From Flavobacteriales bacterium (GTDB lineage Bacteria > Bacteroidota > Bacteroidia > Flavobacteriales > TMED113): 64,000 bases of DNA. Position 1 is the first letter of the stretch. Each line of letters begins with the position of its first letter. The translations under genes and the position numbers were made by a program. The notes below the pieces were generated by a model. It was not told the origin of the DNA. It did not search any database and saw nothing but the letters and a program-made list of their open reading frames with translations. The DNA lies in NCBI GenBank assembly GCA_002718895.1, contig PBGD01000002.1:800-64799 (forward strand). The letters are read 5' to 3'. This document shows positions 9,821 to 19,134 of this stretch, one piece after another.

Positions 9821-10867
9821 TTTTTTTTCTTCATTTTGCCAGCAAAATTCTTTTTTTGCTAATCTTATTTCGTCAATCCAATATTGTTGTGATAGTGACA
9901 AAATATGTTCAATTTGTTTAGCAACTTCCTTAGGTTCACGTGATTTTAGACACATCCCAACTTTATTCTTAATAATTATTTTTTTAAACTCAGGCAAATC
10001 ACTAATTAAAACCGGTATTTCTGCATTTATATAATCAAAAATTTTATTAGGCAATGAGTAACTATATGCTAAACAAGTATTTTCTTCAAATGACAAACCT
10101 AAATCACAAGTTTTAGTAATTTCATATAAATCTTCATATGGAAGTTTACCTAAAAATTTCACTTTATTTTCTAAAGAAAAATTTTTGACCTTATTTTTCA
10201 TTTGTTTAATAATGTCACCAGCACCTACAATTATCAAGGTAGCATCAACATAAAGCATTGATTCAATCATTAATTCTATTCCTCTATCTTTATTTACAGC
10301 TCCTTGGTATATGATTTTTTTCACTTTATTATCTTTTGAATAGTTAGATGTTTTTTTATAGATAGGGAAGTTTTTGACAACTAACATTTTAAGACCATAT
10401 TTACGCAAATAATAATTTGATATGCTTTGACTTACAGTATATGAATAAATAATATAAGGTAAACATAGTCTTTCTAAGATTGACCATGTAAATTTAATAA
10501 ATGGTCGATTAATTAATTCTGGCACTTCTGTAAACAACTCATGACTGTCATAAACTAATTTTTTGTTTCTAATTCTAGAAAGTAGGAAGTTAGATAATAA
10601 TGTATCAAGATCATTTGACAAAAGAATATCAAATTTTTTAAATAATAAAAAAGAAAACAATCGGTAGTTATATTCAAGATAAAACATAAAACCTTTATTA
10701 AAAATCATTTTAAACCTATGAGTCCGGTATGATCTTGATTTAATCTGATCACCATGCTTACCAATTAACAAAACAAAATATCCTTTATTTATAAGAGATG
10801 TTGCAACTTTATGAACTCTCTGATCAGTAATTAAATCATTTGTGACAGAAATTATAATTTTTTTCAA
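9803..10867 (-). CDS. Glycosyltransferase family 1/4
   Basis: GT-B fold features. C-terminal E-x7-E-like region (SFEENTCLAYSYSLPNKIFDYINAEIPVLISD). Confidence 0.65.
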   Translation of the reverse strand: MKKIIISVTNDLITDQRVHKVATSLINKGYFVLLIGKHGDQIKSRSYRTHRFKMIFNKGFMFYLEYNYRLFSFLLFKKFDILLSNDLDTLLSNFLLSRIRNKKLVYDSHELFTEVPELINRPFIKFTWSILERLCLPYIIYSYTVSQSISNYYLRKYGLKMLVVKNFPIYKKTSNYSKDNKVKKIIYQGAVNKDRGIELMIESMLYVDATLIIVGAGDIIKQMKNKVKNFSLENKVKFLGKLPYEDLYEITKTCDLGLSFEENTCLAYSYSLPNKIFDYINAEIPVLISDLPEFKKIIIKNKVGMCLKSREPKEVAKQIEHILSLSQQYWIDEIRLAKKEFCWQNEEKKLLTLF

Positions 10868-10923
10868 TTTTTTTGACTATGAATATTAAAAGAAGTAAAC
10901 TAAAAACAAATTATATTAGCATT

Positions 10924-11937
10924 ATGAATATAATAAGTCAAAAGTCATTACTTGAACACAATACATTTAATATAAATGTAAAAGCAAACAAGTATGTAAA
11001 TATAAAGACAGAAACTGACTTGATAAAATTATTAAATCAAAAACAATTTAAAAAAATTAAAAAAACTATTATAGGTGGAGGTAGTAATATTTTATTAACA
11101 AAAGATATTAAAGGTCTTGTAATTCATAATCAAATACAGGGTATAAAAATTTTAAAATCGAATATCAAAAGTGTTATAATTGAAGTTGGAGCAGGAGTTA
11201 TTTGGGATAATTTAGTAAGCTGGAGCACAAAATTACAATTATATGGCATTGAAAATTTATCATTAATACCAGGATCAGTAGGTGCCTCGCCTATTCAAAA
11301 CATTGGAGCATATGGTGTTGAACTAAAAGATGTTTTCAAGGAGCTAAGAGCAATCAATTTAAAAACAAATAAATTAAGAGTTTTTAAAAAAAGTGAATGT
11401 GAATTTGGTTATAGAAATTCTATTTTTAAAAATGAATTAAAAGAAAAATATGTAATTTCTAAAATAATTATTCAACTATCTAAAAAACAAATAGTCAATA
11501 CTACTTACTATGGACTAGAAAATAAGCTTAAAAAATTCACAAAAAAAGAATTAACTAGTGAATTAATAAGAAGTAAAATAATTGAAATCAGAAATGCAAA
11601 ATTGCCAGATCCAAAAATAATTGGTAATGCAGGCAGTTTTTTTAAGAATCCAACTATCAACAAAGAATTACTAACTAATTTACAACATGATCATCCTGAA
11701 ATTCCTTTTTTTGAAAACAAGATTGGAATTAAAGTCCCTGCAGGATGGTTAATTGAAAAATTAAAATGGAGGGGACACCAAGAAAAAAATTGCGGAGTTT
11801 CTAAAAAACATGCTTTAGTTATTGTAAATTATGGAAAAGCAACAGGTAAAGAAATTTTAAAATTATCTAACAAAATAAAAAAAAATGTATATAAAGAATT
11901 TAAAATAAATCTTGAAGAAGAAGTTTCAATTCTATGA
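10924..11937 (+). CDS. murB: UDP-N-acetylenolpyruvoylglucosamine reductase
   Basis: FAD-binding domain (IGGGSNILL) and MurB C-terminal motifs (GNAGSFFKNP, PAGWLIE, VSKKHALVIVN). The ORF opens at 10873, but similarity starts near MNIISQKSLLEHNTF, so the start is set at 10924. Confidence 0.85.
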   Translation: MNIISQKSLLEHNTFNINVKANKYVNIKTETDLIKLLNQKQFKKIKKTIIGGGSNILLTKDIKGLVIHNQIQGIKILKSNIKSVIIEVGAGVIWDNLVSWSTKLQLYGIENLSLIPGSVGASPIQNIGAYGVELKDVFKELRAINLKTNKLRVFKKSECEFGYRNSIFKNELKEKYVISKIIIQLSKKQIVNTTYYGLENKLKKFTKKELTSELIRSKIIEIRNAKLPDPKIIGNAGSFFKNPTINKELLTNLQHDHPEIPFFENKIGIKVPAGWLIEKLKWRGHQEKNCGVSKKHALVIVNYGKATGKEILKLSNKIKKNVYKEFKINLEEEVSIL

Positions 11938-12143
11938 ATCCGACAATTATTTTATCAATATTAATTATTTCTATTTGTTTTATGGGAATTGCGATTAAAA
12001 TTCTTATAAAAAAAGATGGGCAATTTTCTGGCACATGTGCTAGTAATAATCCATTGTTAAATAAAAATGGTGAGAAATGTAGTTATTGTGGTGCCGATCC
12101 AGGTGACATGTGTAAAAAAGAAGAAAATTTATTAGAAAAGTAA
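11934..12143 (+). CDS. nqrM: Candidate (Na+)-NQR maturation factor NqrM (small Cys-rich membrane protein)
   Basis: 69 aa. One N-terminal TM helix followed by four Cys (GTC...CSYC......MC). Sits next to apbE at the distal end of the nqr operon. The call rests on architecture and context. Confidence 0.5.
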   Translation: MNPTIILSILIISICFMGIAIKILIKKDGQFSGTCASNNPLLNKNGEKCSYCGADPGDMCKKEENLLEK

Positions 12144-13093
12144 TACACAGTGTCATCACTGCTTTTATAAGCTAAAGAGCCAATAATATTTTTTGTTGAC
12201 ATAAGTTCCTTAGATCCCTCAAAACCAAGAGCCATACAAGCTGTTGCGTATGCATCAGCCGAGGTACAATTATCAGAAATAATTGTTGCACTTAATAGAG
12301 AGTTTGAAGATGGTTTGAGCGTTTTAGGGTTCATATTATGACTGATTTTCATAGAATCAGAATAATAATAATTTCTGTAATTTCCAGAAGTAGCTAGTGA
12401 AACATTTTGTAAATTTAAAATATATACAAGATCTCTATTTTTATCTGTTGGAGATTCTATACCTATTTTCCAGCCTTTTCCTAAGTTATCTCCAGAGCAA
12501 GTAATCTCGCCTCCAATTTCAATCATAAAATCATTTATAAATTTAGACTTAAAATACTTTGATAAAAAATCAACACTAAAACCCTGAGCTATTCCATTTA
12601 AATCAATTTTGACTGAATCAGACTTAATCAAAGTTTTATTTTGAATTGATATTTTATCACATCCTATTTCATGGAAAAATTGATTATTATTTTTAAAAGA
12701 TCTATTTTTTTTTGGTCCAAATCCCCAATAATTGACAAGAGGAGAAACAGTGATATCAAACATCCCGTTAGTTTCATTACAAATATCAATTGATTTTAAA
12801 ATTACATAAGTAATTAAAGAATCTAAAATAACATCTTCATTTCTATTTAATTTAGAAATTGTTGAAAAAGGTATATATGTTGACATAGACATGTCTATAA
12901 TTTTCAACAAACTATCTATTGATTCTTTAGGTATTTTTTGATTAATACTATGATATTTAATATTATAAGTTGTACCCTGTGTGTATCCTGAAATAAGAAA
13001 TGTCTTGTAATTTCCTTGGCAAGAAAAATATAAGATTAAAAAAAAAAGAAGAATTGATTTACTCGCCAAAGTCATCAAAATCAACATTTTCAT
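12083..13093 (-). CDS. apbE: FAD:protein FMN transferase ApbE
   Basis: ApbE motifs DITVSPLVNYWGFGP, LNGIAQGFSVD, ATSGNYRN, SADAYATA. Lipoprotein-like leader ending FSC. Directly downstream of nqrF. The start is ambiguous (13114, 13093 or 13075), and every option overlaps the nqrF 3' end. Confidence 0.85.
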   Translation of the reverse strand: MKMLILMTLASKSILLFFLILYFSCQGNYKTFLISGYTQGTTYNIKYHSINQKIPKESIDSLLKIIDMSMSTYIPFSTISKLNRNEDVILDSLITYVILKSIDICNETNGMFDITVSPLVNYWGFGPKKNRSFKNNNQFFHEIGCDKISIQNKTLIKSDSVKIDLNGIAQGFSVDFLSKYFKSKFINDFMIEIGGEITCSGDNLGKGWKIGIESPTDKNRDLVYILNLQNVSLATSGNYRNYYYSDSMKISHNMNPKTLKPSSNSLLSATIISDNCTSADAYATACMALGFEGSKELMSTKNIIGSLAYKSSDDTVYYFSNKFSSFLHMSPGSAPQ

Positions 13094-14354
13094 CTGGGAT
13101 ACCCCAATCATCACACATCTTTAAAATGGCTTGATTCATTAAAGGTGGTCCACAAAAATAAACTTCAATATCTTCAGGGGCATCATGTAATTTAAAATGA
13201 TGATCTATTACAACTTGATGAATAAAACCAACAAAACCATCACCTTCATCATCAAGAGATTTCTTTTCATTCCAATTATCCTCTGGTAATGGCTCAGATA
13301 GTGCAACATGAAATTTAAAGTTAGGAAAATCCCTTTCAATAGCTCTAAAGTCATCTAAATAAAATAATTCTCTCTTTGAACGTCCTCCGTAAAAAAAAGT
13401 TACTTTACGTTTTGTTTTCATAGTATGAAAAAGATGAAACAAATGTGAACGCATTGGAGCCATACCAGCACCTCCACCAATATAAACCATTTCATTTTCT
13501 GTATCTTTAATAAAAAACTCACCATAAGGTCCTGAAACTGTAACTTTATCACCTGCTTTTAATGAATACACATATGAGGAACAAACACCAGGATTTACAT
13601 TCATCCAATTATTAATAGATCTATCCCAAGGTGGAGTAGCTATTCTTATATTAAGCATCACAATATTACCTTCAGCAGGGTGATTTGCCATGGAATAAGC
13701 TCTAAATATAGGTTCATCATTCTTCATATGTAAATCCCATAAATTAAATTTATCCCATTCTCCTTTGAATTTATCTGGTCCAGAGGGGTCATTTGGATTA
13801 GGTGAAATATCAATATTTTTATAAGGAACTTCTATTTCTGGGACATCAATTTGTATATATCCACCTGCTTTGAAATCAAGATTTTCTCCTTCTGGAAGCT
13901 TAACTATAAATTCTTTAATAAAAGATGCAACACTATAATTAGATACTACTTCACACTCCCACTTTTTAATGCCAAAAATTTCTTCTGGAATATTGATATC
14001 CATATCATTTTTAACTTTTACTTGACATCCAAGACGCCAGTTTTCTTGTATTTCTTTCCTGGTAAAATAAGGCTTTTCGGTCGGTAAGATTTCTCCTCCT
14101 CCTGAATTCACTTGACATTTACACATAGCACAAGTACCACCACCACCACATGCAGATGGCAAAAAAATCTTATTATCCCCTAAAGTCCCTAAAATAGTCC
14201 CTCCAGGGTTGATTTTAATATTTTCTTTACCGTTAATTGTTAATGTTACTTGACCTGATGGTAATAATTTTGACTTAGCAAAAAGCAAAATACTAACTAA
14301 TGATAGAATTACAATTAGAAAAAAAATAACAGCAGCAAAAACAGTATATATCAT
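13059..14354 (-). CDS. nqrF: Na+-translocating NADH:quinone reductase subunit F
   Basis: N-terminal TM helix, 2Fe-2S ferredoxin cysteines (CGGGGTCAMCKC), and FAD/NAD-binding motifs (RAYSMAN, GGGAGMAPMRS). The start at MIYTVFAAV lies just after the nqrE stop. The ORF track opens at 14381. Confidence 0.93.
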   Translation of the reverse strand: MIYTVFAAVIFFLIVILSLVSILLFAKSKLLPSGQVTLTINGKENIKINPGGTILGTLGDNKIFLPSACGGGGTCAMCKCQVNSGGGEILPTEKPYFTRKEIQENWRLGCQVKVKNDMDINIPEEIFGIKKWECEVVSNYSVASFIKEFIVKLPEGENLDFKAGGYIQIDVPEIEVPYKNIDISPNPNDPSGPDKFKGEWDKFNLWDLHMKNDEPIFRAYSMANHPAEGNIVMLNIRIATPPWDRSINNWMNVNPGVCSSYVYSLKAGDKVTVSGPYGEFFIKDTENEMVYIGGGAGMAPMRSHLFHLFHTMKTKRKVTFFYGGRSKRELFYLDDFRAIERDFPNFKFHVALSEPLPEDNWNEKKSLDDEGDGFVGFIHQVVIDHHFKLHDAPEDIEVYFCGPPLMNQAILKMCDDWGIPDENVDFDDFGE

Positions 14355-14356
14355 AA

Positions 14357-14971
14357 TTAAATTTTTATTCCCATAAAGCACATGAATGCGATACCCATTA
14401 AACCAGTAATAATATATGTAATACCAAGTCCTCTCAGCGGAGCAGGCACATTAGAATATCTTATTTTTTCACGAATGGCTGCTATAGCTACAATAGCTAA
14501 ATACCAACCAACGCCTGAACCTAAAGCAAATGAAGTAGCTTCAATTATAGTAGAATATTGTCTTTCTTGCATAAACAAAGCTCCACCCAATATTGCGCAA
14601 TTTACAGCAATTAAGGGAAGGAAGATTCCTAATGAACTATATAAAGCAGGGGAAAATTTTTCTATAATCATTTCAACTAACTGTACCATAGCAGATACAA
14701 CAGCTATAAACATTATAAGGCTTAATACATTTAAGTCAACATTAACAAAGTCTTCACCTAACCATTGAAGAGCACCCGCTTTTAACACTTGATTTTCTAA
14801 AATATAATTTACAGGGACAGTAATACCTAAAACAAAAATAACAGCCAAACCAAGTCCATTTGCAGTAGTAACAGTTTTAGACACAGCTAGATAAGAACAC
14901 ATTCCTAGAAAATATGCAAATATCATATTGTCAATAAATACACCTTTTATAAAAATATTTACTAAATCCAT
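14357..14971 (-). CDS. nqrE: Na+-NQR subunit E
   Basis: Polytopic RnfA/NqrE-type membrane protein with FLGMCSYLAVSK. Operon position between nqrD and nqrF. The ORF opens at 14986, and the likely start is MDLVNIF. Confidence 0.92.
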   Translation of the reverse strand: MDLVNIFIKGVFIDNMIFAYFLGMCSYLAVSKTVTTANGLGLAVIFVLGITVPVNYILENQVLKAGALQWLGEDFVNVDLNVLSLIMFIAVVSAMVQLVEMIIEKFSPALYSSLGIFLPLIAVNCAILGGALFMQERQYSTIIEATSFALGSGVGWYLAIVAIAAIREKIRYSNVPAPLRGLGITYIITGLMGIAFMCFMGIKI

Positions 14972-14972
14972 A

Positions 14973-15611
14973 TCAATTTTCTTCAATTAATTCATGATTT
15001 CTTGATCTTTGAATCCAAATAATAAGACCGACTACTATTAATGCCATTGGAGGAAGTATCATTAGGTTATTGTTCATATATCCCATTTCATATAAATAAC
15101 TAAAGCCAGGAATTTCGTAACCCAACAACTTACCAGATCCAAATAATTCTCTTACAAATGCAACAGCAACTAAGATCCAACCATAACCAAAGGCATTGCC
15201 TAATGCATCTAAGAACGACTCCCAAAGTTTATTACCCATGGCAAAAGCCTCAAGTCTTCCCATAATAATACAATTTGTAATAATTAAACCAATAAAAACT
15301 GATAATTGCTCAGATGCGTCAGGTAAAAAAGCTTTTAAAATTTGATCAACTAATGCAACTAAAGAAGCTACAACAAGTAATTGAACAATAATCCGAATTC
15401 TATTAGGGATATGATTTCTAAGTATAGAAATAATAGAACTTGCTGATGTCATCACAAAAATAACAGCAAGAGTCATAACAAGTGCATTTTCTAATTGTGT
15501 TGTAATTGCAAGAGCTGAACATATACCAAGTACCTGAATTGTAATTGGATTTTGATCTCCCATTGGGTCCGCAATTAATTTTTGATGTTGTTTATTAAAA
15601 AAAGATTTCAT
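14973..15611 (-). CDS. nqrD: Na+-NQR subunit D
   Basis: RnfE/NqrD-type membrane protein with NPITIQVLGICSALAITT. 212 aa. Confidence 0.93.
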   Translation of the reverse strand: MKSFFNKQHQKLIADPMGDQNPITIQVLGICSALAITTQLENALVMTLAVIFVMTSASSIISILRNHIPNRIRIIVQLLVVASLVALVDQILKAFLPDASEQLSVFIGLIITNCIIMGRLEAFAMGNKLWESFLDALGNAFGYGWILVAVAFVRELFGSGKLLGYEIPGFSYLYEMGYMNNNLMILPPMALIVVGLIIWIQRSRNHELIEEN

Positions 15612-15617
15612 AATAGT

Positions 15618-16367
15618 TTAAATCGAATTATTACTTGTTAATTCATTTATAGTATCTTGATACACATTAAGTTTTGAAAAATAACTGTCATAAATTTGTA
15701 ATGTATTATAAAGCATATCAGAAACACCATCACTTGTTATAGTACCACCAGTTATACCATCAACTTGATGCATATTACCTAACTCTGCTCCACCCTTTTT
15801 AACTTCAATAGATACAAATTGATTTAATGTATTTTTTATTTTCTTACCTTTAAATGGGTCTTCAAAAATACCGGTATTTATTTCAGCACCCAATCCAGGC
15901 GTTTCAGCGCGATGATCAAAGGCTGCACCATAAACTGTTAGGTAGTCATCTTCAAGAGCAACAAAGCCCCAAATAGGTCCCCAAAGTCCAGTTCCTGCCA
16001 TTGGAATAATATAATAGGTTTTATTATTTTTATTTGCTGTGTAAAAAGGATACATGAAATCATCTGGAGATAAAGTTTTATCTCTATATTGAAATAATAC
16101 ATCTATTTGAAATGCAGAGCCTTCAATTTGTTCACCCTTATTATTGATTATAGTTTCTTCAACAATATATTTTTCATATTGATTTTTTGCATTAGATCTA
16201 CTAGATGTAATACCTATTGCACTTAAAATATCAATCATTTTTTTATCAGCTTGATTTTGTTTTTTTCGAGGCTGTAAAGTTTCCGATGTAACTGCTAAAA
16301 TAGTACCAACTATTAATACCATAACTATAGCAAAAGTGAATGTATATAAATTGCTCTCTTTATTCAT
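15618..16367 (-). CDS. nqrC: Na+-NQR subunit C
   Basis: N-terminal TM anchor. FMN-binding domain with the flavinylation-type motif DGITGGTITS. Confidence 0.92.
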   Translation of the reverse strand: MNKESNLYTFTFAIVMVLIVGTILAVTSETLQPRKKQNQADKKMIDILSAIGITSSRSNAKNQYEKYIVEETIINNKGEQIEGSAFQIDVLFQYRDKTLSPDDFMYPFYTANKNNKTYYIIPMAGTGLWGPIWGFVALEDDYLTVYGAAFDHRAETPGLGAEINTGIFEDPFKGKKIKNTLNQFVSIEVKKGGAELGNMHQVDGITGGTITSDGVSDMLYNTLQIYDSYFSKLNVYQDTINELTSNNSI

Positions 16368-17586
16368 TTATTTTAATTCTTTTTAGTCTTTTTTTGATAT
16401 TAGCTTCAACTACGTAATGGTCAATTAAAGGAGCCATAACATTCATAAATAATATTGCAACCATCACTCCTTCTGGATATGCAGGATTAAAGACCCTTAT
16501 TAAAATTGATAAAACCCCACACAAAAATCCATATATAATTTTACCCGTATTAGTTTGAGCAGCAGAAACTGGATCTGTTGCCATAAATACCATACCAAAT
16601 AAGAAACTCCCAATAAATAATTGATGAATAGCAGGCAAAGACATAAATAAATTATTCTCAAGACCTACAATATTAAATATATATGCCATAGATAACCCAC
16701 CAAAAAACATTGAAACCATAATTCTGAACGATCCAACACCCGTAAAAACAAGAATAAAAGCACCAATTAAAATTGCTATAACAGATGTTTCTCCAATTGA
16801 TCCTGGTATAGTTCCTATAAAAGAATTATACAAACTATATATTCCGTCTGAAGAGAAAAGGCTATAATTATTTATTATTTCTGAATTTGATGGATCTACA
16901 TTTGTTAATGTTGCTAACTGACCAAGTGCAGTCTCTCCAGTAATAGCATCAATTTTGTCTGCACCATGTACCCAAACTTTATCACCAGACATTTTTGTAG
17001 GATATGCAAAGAAAATAAAAGCTCTGGCTGTAAGAGCAGGATTCAGGATATTCATACCTGTGCCTCCAAACACTTCTTTACCAATTACTACTGCAAATAT
17101 TACAGACAACGCGAGCATCCACAAGGGAACATCCACAGGCATTGTTAGAGGGATTAGCATACCTGTTACTAAGTAACCTTCATTTACTTGATGTTTCCTC
17201 TGAACTGCAAAAGCAAATTCTACACTTAAACCAACCACATAAGAAACTATTATTAATGGTAAGACTTTCCAAAAACCAAATAGAAAATGATCAAAAATAC
17301 TATAAATACTTTGGTAACCTTCCATGTCAGATGTTAACTGACTATGATATTGATATCCAGTATTCCACATACCAAAAAACAAACAAGGTAGTAAAGCAAT
17401 AATTACAATTACCATAGTTCTTTTTAGATCTACAGAATCTTTAATATGAGTGCCTGATTGAGTTGTATGATTTGGCACAAACAAAAAGGTTTCAAATGCA
17501 TCATAAGCAGGATAGAGTGTATGTAATTTGCCACCTTCCTCAAAATGAGGCTTAATACTATTTAAGATGTTTTGCATTATTTTCAT
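16360..17586 (-). CDS. nqrB: Na+-NQR subunit B
   Basis: NqrB/RnfD family polytopic membrane protein, 408 aa (GGTGMNILNPAL, MATDPVS). Confidence 0.93.
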   Translation of the reverse strand: MKIMQNILNSIKPHFEEGGKLHTLYPAYDAFETFLFVPNHTTQSGTHIKDSVDLKRTMVIVIIALLPCLFFGMWNTGYQYHSQLTSDMEGYQSIYSIFDHFLFGFWKVLPLIIVSYVVGLSVEFAFAVQRKHQVNEGYLVTGMLIPLTMPVDVPLWMLALSVIFAVVIGKEVFGGTGMNILNPALTARAFIFFAYPTKMSGDKVWVHGADKIDAITGETALGQLATLTNVDPSNSEIINNYSLFSSDGIYSLYNSFIGTIPGSIGETSVIAILIGAFILVFTGVGSFRIMVSMFFGGLSMAYIFNIVGLENNLFMSLPAIHQLFIGSFLFGMVFMATDPVSAAQTNTGKIIYGFLCGVLSILIRVFNPAYPEGVMVAILFMNVMAPLIDHYVVEANIKKRLKRIKINE

Positions 17587-18932
17587 TAGCTACATTCTTT
17601 TTTGATTAAATCAAGACCTTTTCTAATTATTGATTGTACTGGTACTTTGGATGTACAAGAGTATTCACATAATGCAAAATCTTCTGTATCTACTTCATAG
17701 ATACCTAATTTTTCCATTAATTCAATATCTTCAATTAAGACTGCTTTAACTAACTGAACTGGGAAAACATCAATAGGAAAATAGGACTCATACTGACCAG
17801 TAACAACATATGCACGTTCTTCGCCATGAGTATTTGAATCTAAATCATATTCTTTTTTACGACTTAACCAGGAAAAGAAAGTTCGAGATAAACTAAATTT
17901 ATTAAGTCCAGGAAGTAACCATCCAAAAAACTCACTATAATTGCCCTCTGGAATAACAGTTATTTGAAAATCATAATAACTAATATAACCATCCTCGTTT
18001 ATTTTAGTGCCAGTTAAAACATTACCGCTAATAAAACGTTTATCACCCTCATATAAATTATTATCTACAATAGATTTAATTGACATACCTTGAACTATTC
18101 TGTAATACCTTGGCTTTTTCACTTTAGATCCTGTTAAAGCAATTATTTTAGAAGCATCGTATTTTCCGTCCCTAAAAAATCTAGCAATCATTACAATATC
18201 TTGAGGAGATAGATACCAAACTATATCTCCTTTATTTATTGGGTCAATATGATGAATTTGAACACCAACATTACCAGATGGATGTGGTCCATATATATTA
18301 TTTATTTGTACACCACTTGCATTTCTAAAAGATTGGGCAGAATTTGAATTGCCATCTAGATTCAAATGAGTTGTACCCTCTGATAATTTCGATACAATAT
18401 CAAGACCCATTTGAAACAATTCTTTATCTCCGTGAAAAATAAAATCATTATCGGGAGCTAATGGAGAAGAATCAAAGGCTGAGATAAAAATAGATTTAGG
18501 CTTGTCACTAGGATTCGCAATAGTGGCAAATGGTCGTTGCCTTATTAATGGCCATAAACCTCCATTAAGCATGTCTTTAACAATAATACTACGATCGATG
18601 TCAGTAATAGATTTTTTTTCAAATTGCTTATAAACAATTTCATCATCGGATTTAACAAGAACTTTGAGAATTTTTCTCTTCGGACCTCTAACAATGTCTG
18701 ACACTACTCCACTTACAGGGCTCGTGAACTTAATTTGATCATTATTTTTATCAAAAAAAAGTATTTCTCCAGCTTTAACATAATCTCCAACTTTTACTAC
18801 CATTTTTGGAATAAGCAAATGAAAATCAGTAGGTTTTACAGCATAATAACTAGATTTAGAAATATTAGCGTAGACTCTATCAGCAACACCTTTAATTTTT
18901 ATATTAGCCCCTTTGTAAATTCTTACATCCAT
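17586..18932 (-). CDS. nqrA: Na+-NQR subunit A
   Basis: 448-aa soluble subunit and first gene of the nqrABCDEF series. N-terminal lipoyl-like fold (VKVGDYVKAGEILF). Confidence 0.92.
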   Translation of the reverse strand: MDVRIYKGANIKIKGVADRVYANISKSSYYAVKPTDFHLLIPKMVVKVGDYVKAGEILFFDKNNDQIKFTSPVSGVVSDIVRGPKRKILKVLVKSDDEIVYKQFEKKSITDIDRSIIVKDMLNGGLWPLIRQRPFATIANPSDKPKSIFISAFDSSPLAPDNDFIFHGDKELFQMGLDIVSKLSEGTTHLNLDGNSNSAQSFRNASGVQINNIYGPHPSGNVGVQIHHIDPINKGDIVWYLSPQDIVMIARFFRDGKYDASKIIALTGSKVKKPRYYRIVQGMSIKSIVDNNLYEGDKRFISGNVLTGTKINEDGYISYYDFQITVIPEGNYSEFFGWLLPGLNKFSLSRTFFSWLSRKKEYDLDSNTHGEERAYVVTGQYESYFPIDVFPVQLVKAVLIEDIELMEKLGIYEVDTEDFALCEYSCTSKVPVQSIIRKGLDLIKKECS

Positions 18933-19134
18933 TTAATTTGGAGAATTAGGTTTAGTTTAAATTTTTTAATTTGAATGTCAAAAATAAAAACTTTTTTTAT
19001 ACACTTCATTTTGATTATTAATAAATTTAGTCAAGGTGCCTAATTTAGAATAGATCTAAATTGTGTATTTACTATTTTCCTAATAAAATGTTAAAAATAA
19101 ATTTTAAATTAAACATTAATTTAAACTTTATTTA

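Noticed and set aside
14382-14768. 128-aa plus-strand ORF inside nqrE. Similar antisense ORFs lie inside nqrB (16955..17402), nqrF (13851..14087) and nqrA (18735..18974).
   Set aside because: They are fully embedded antisense to strongly conserved membrane-subunit genes, with no motifs and low-complexity composition.
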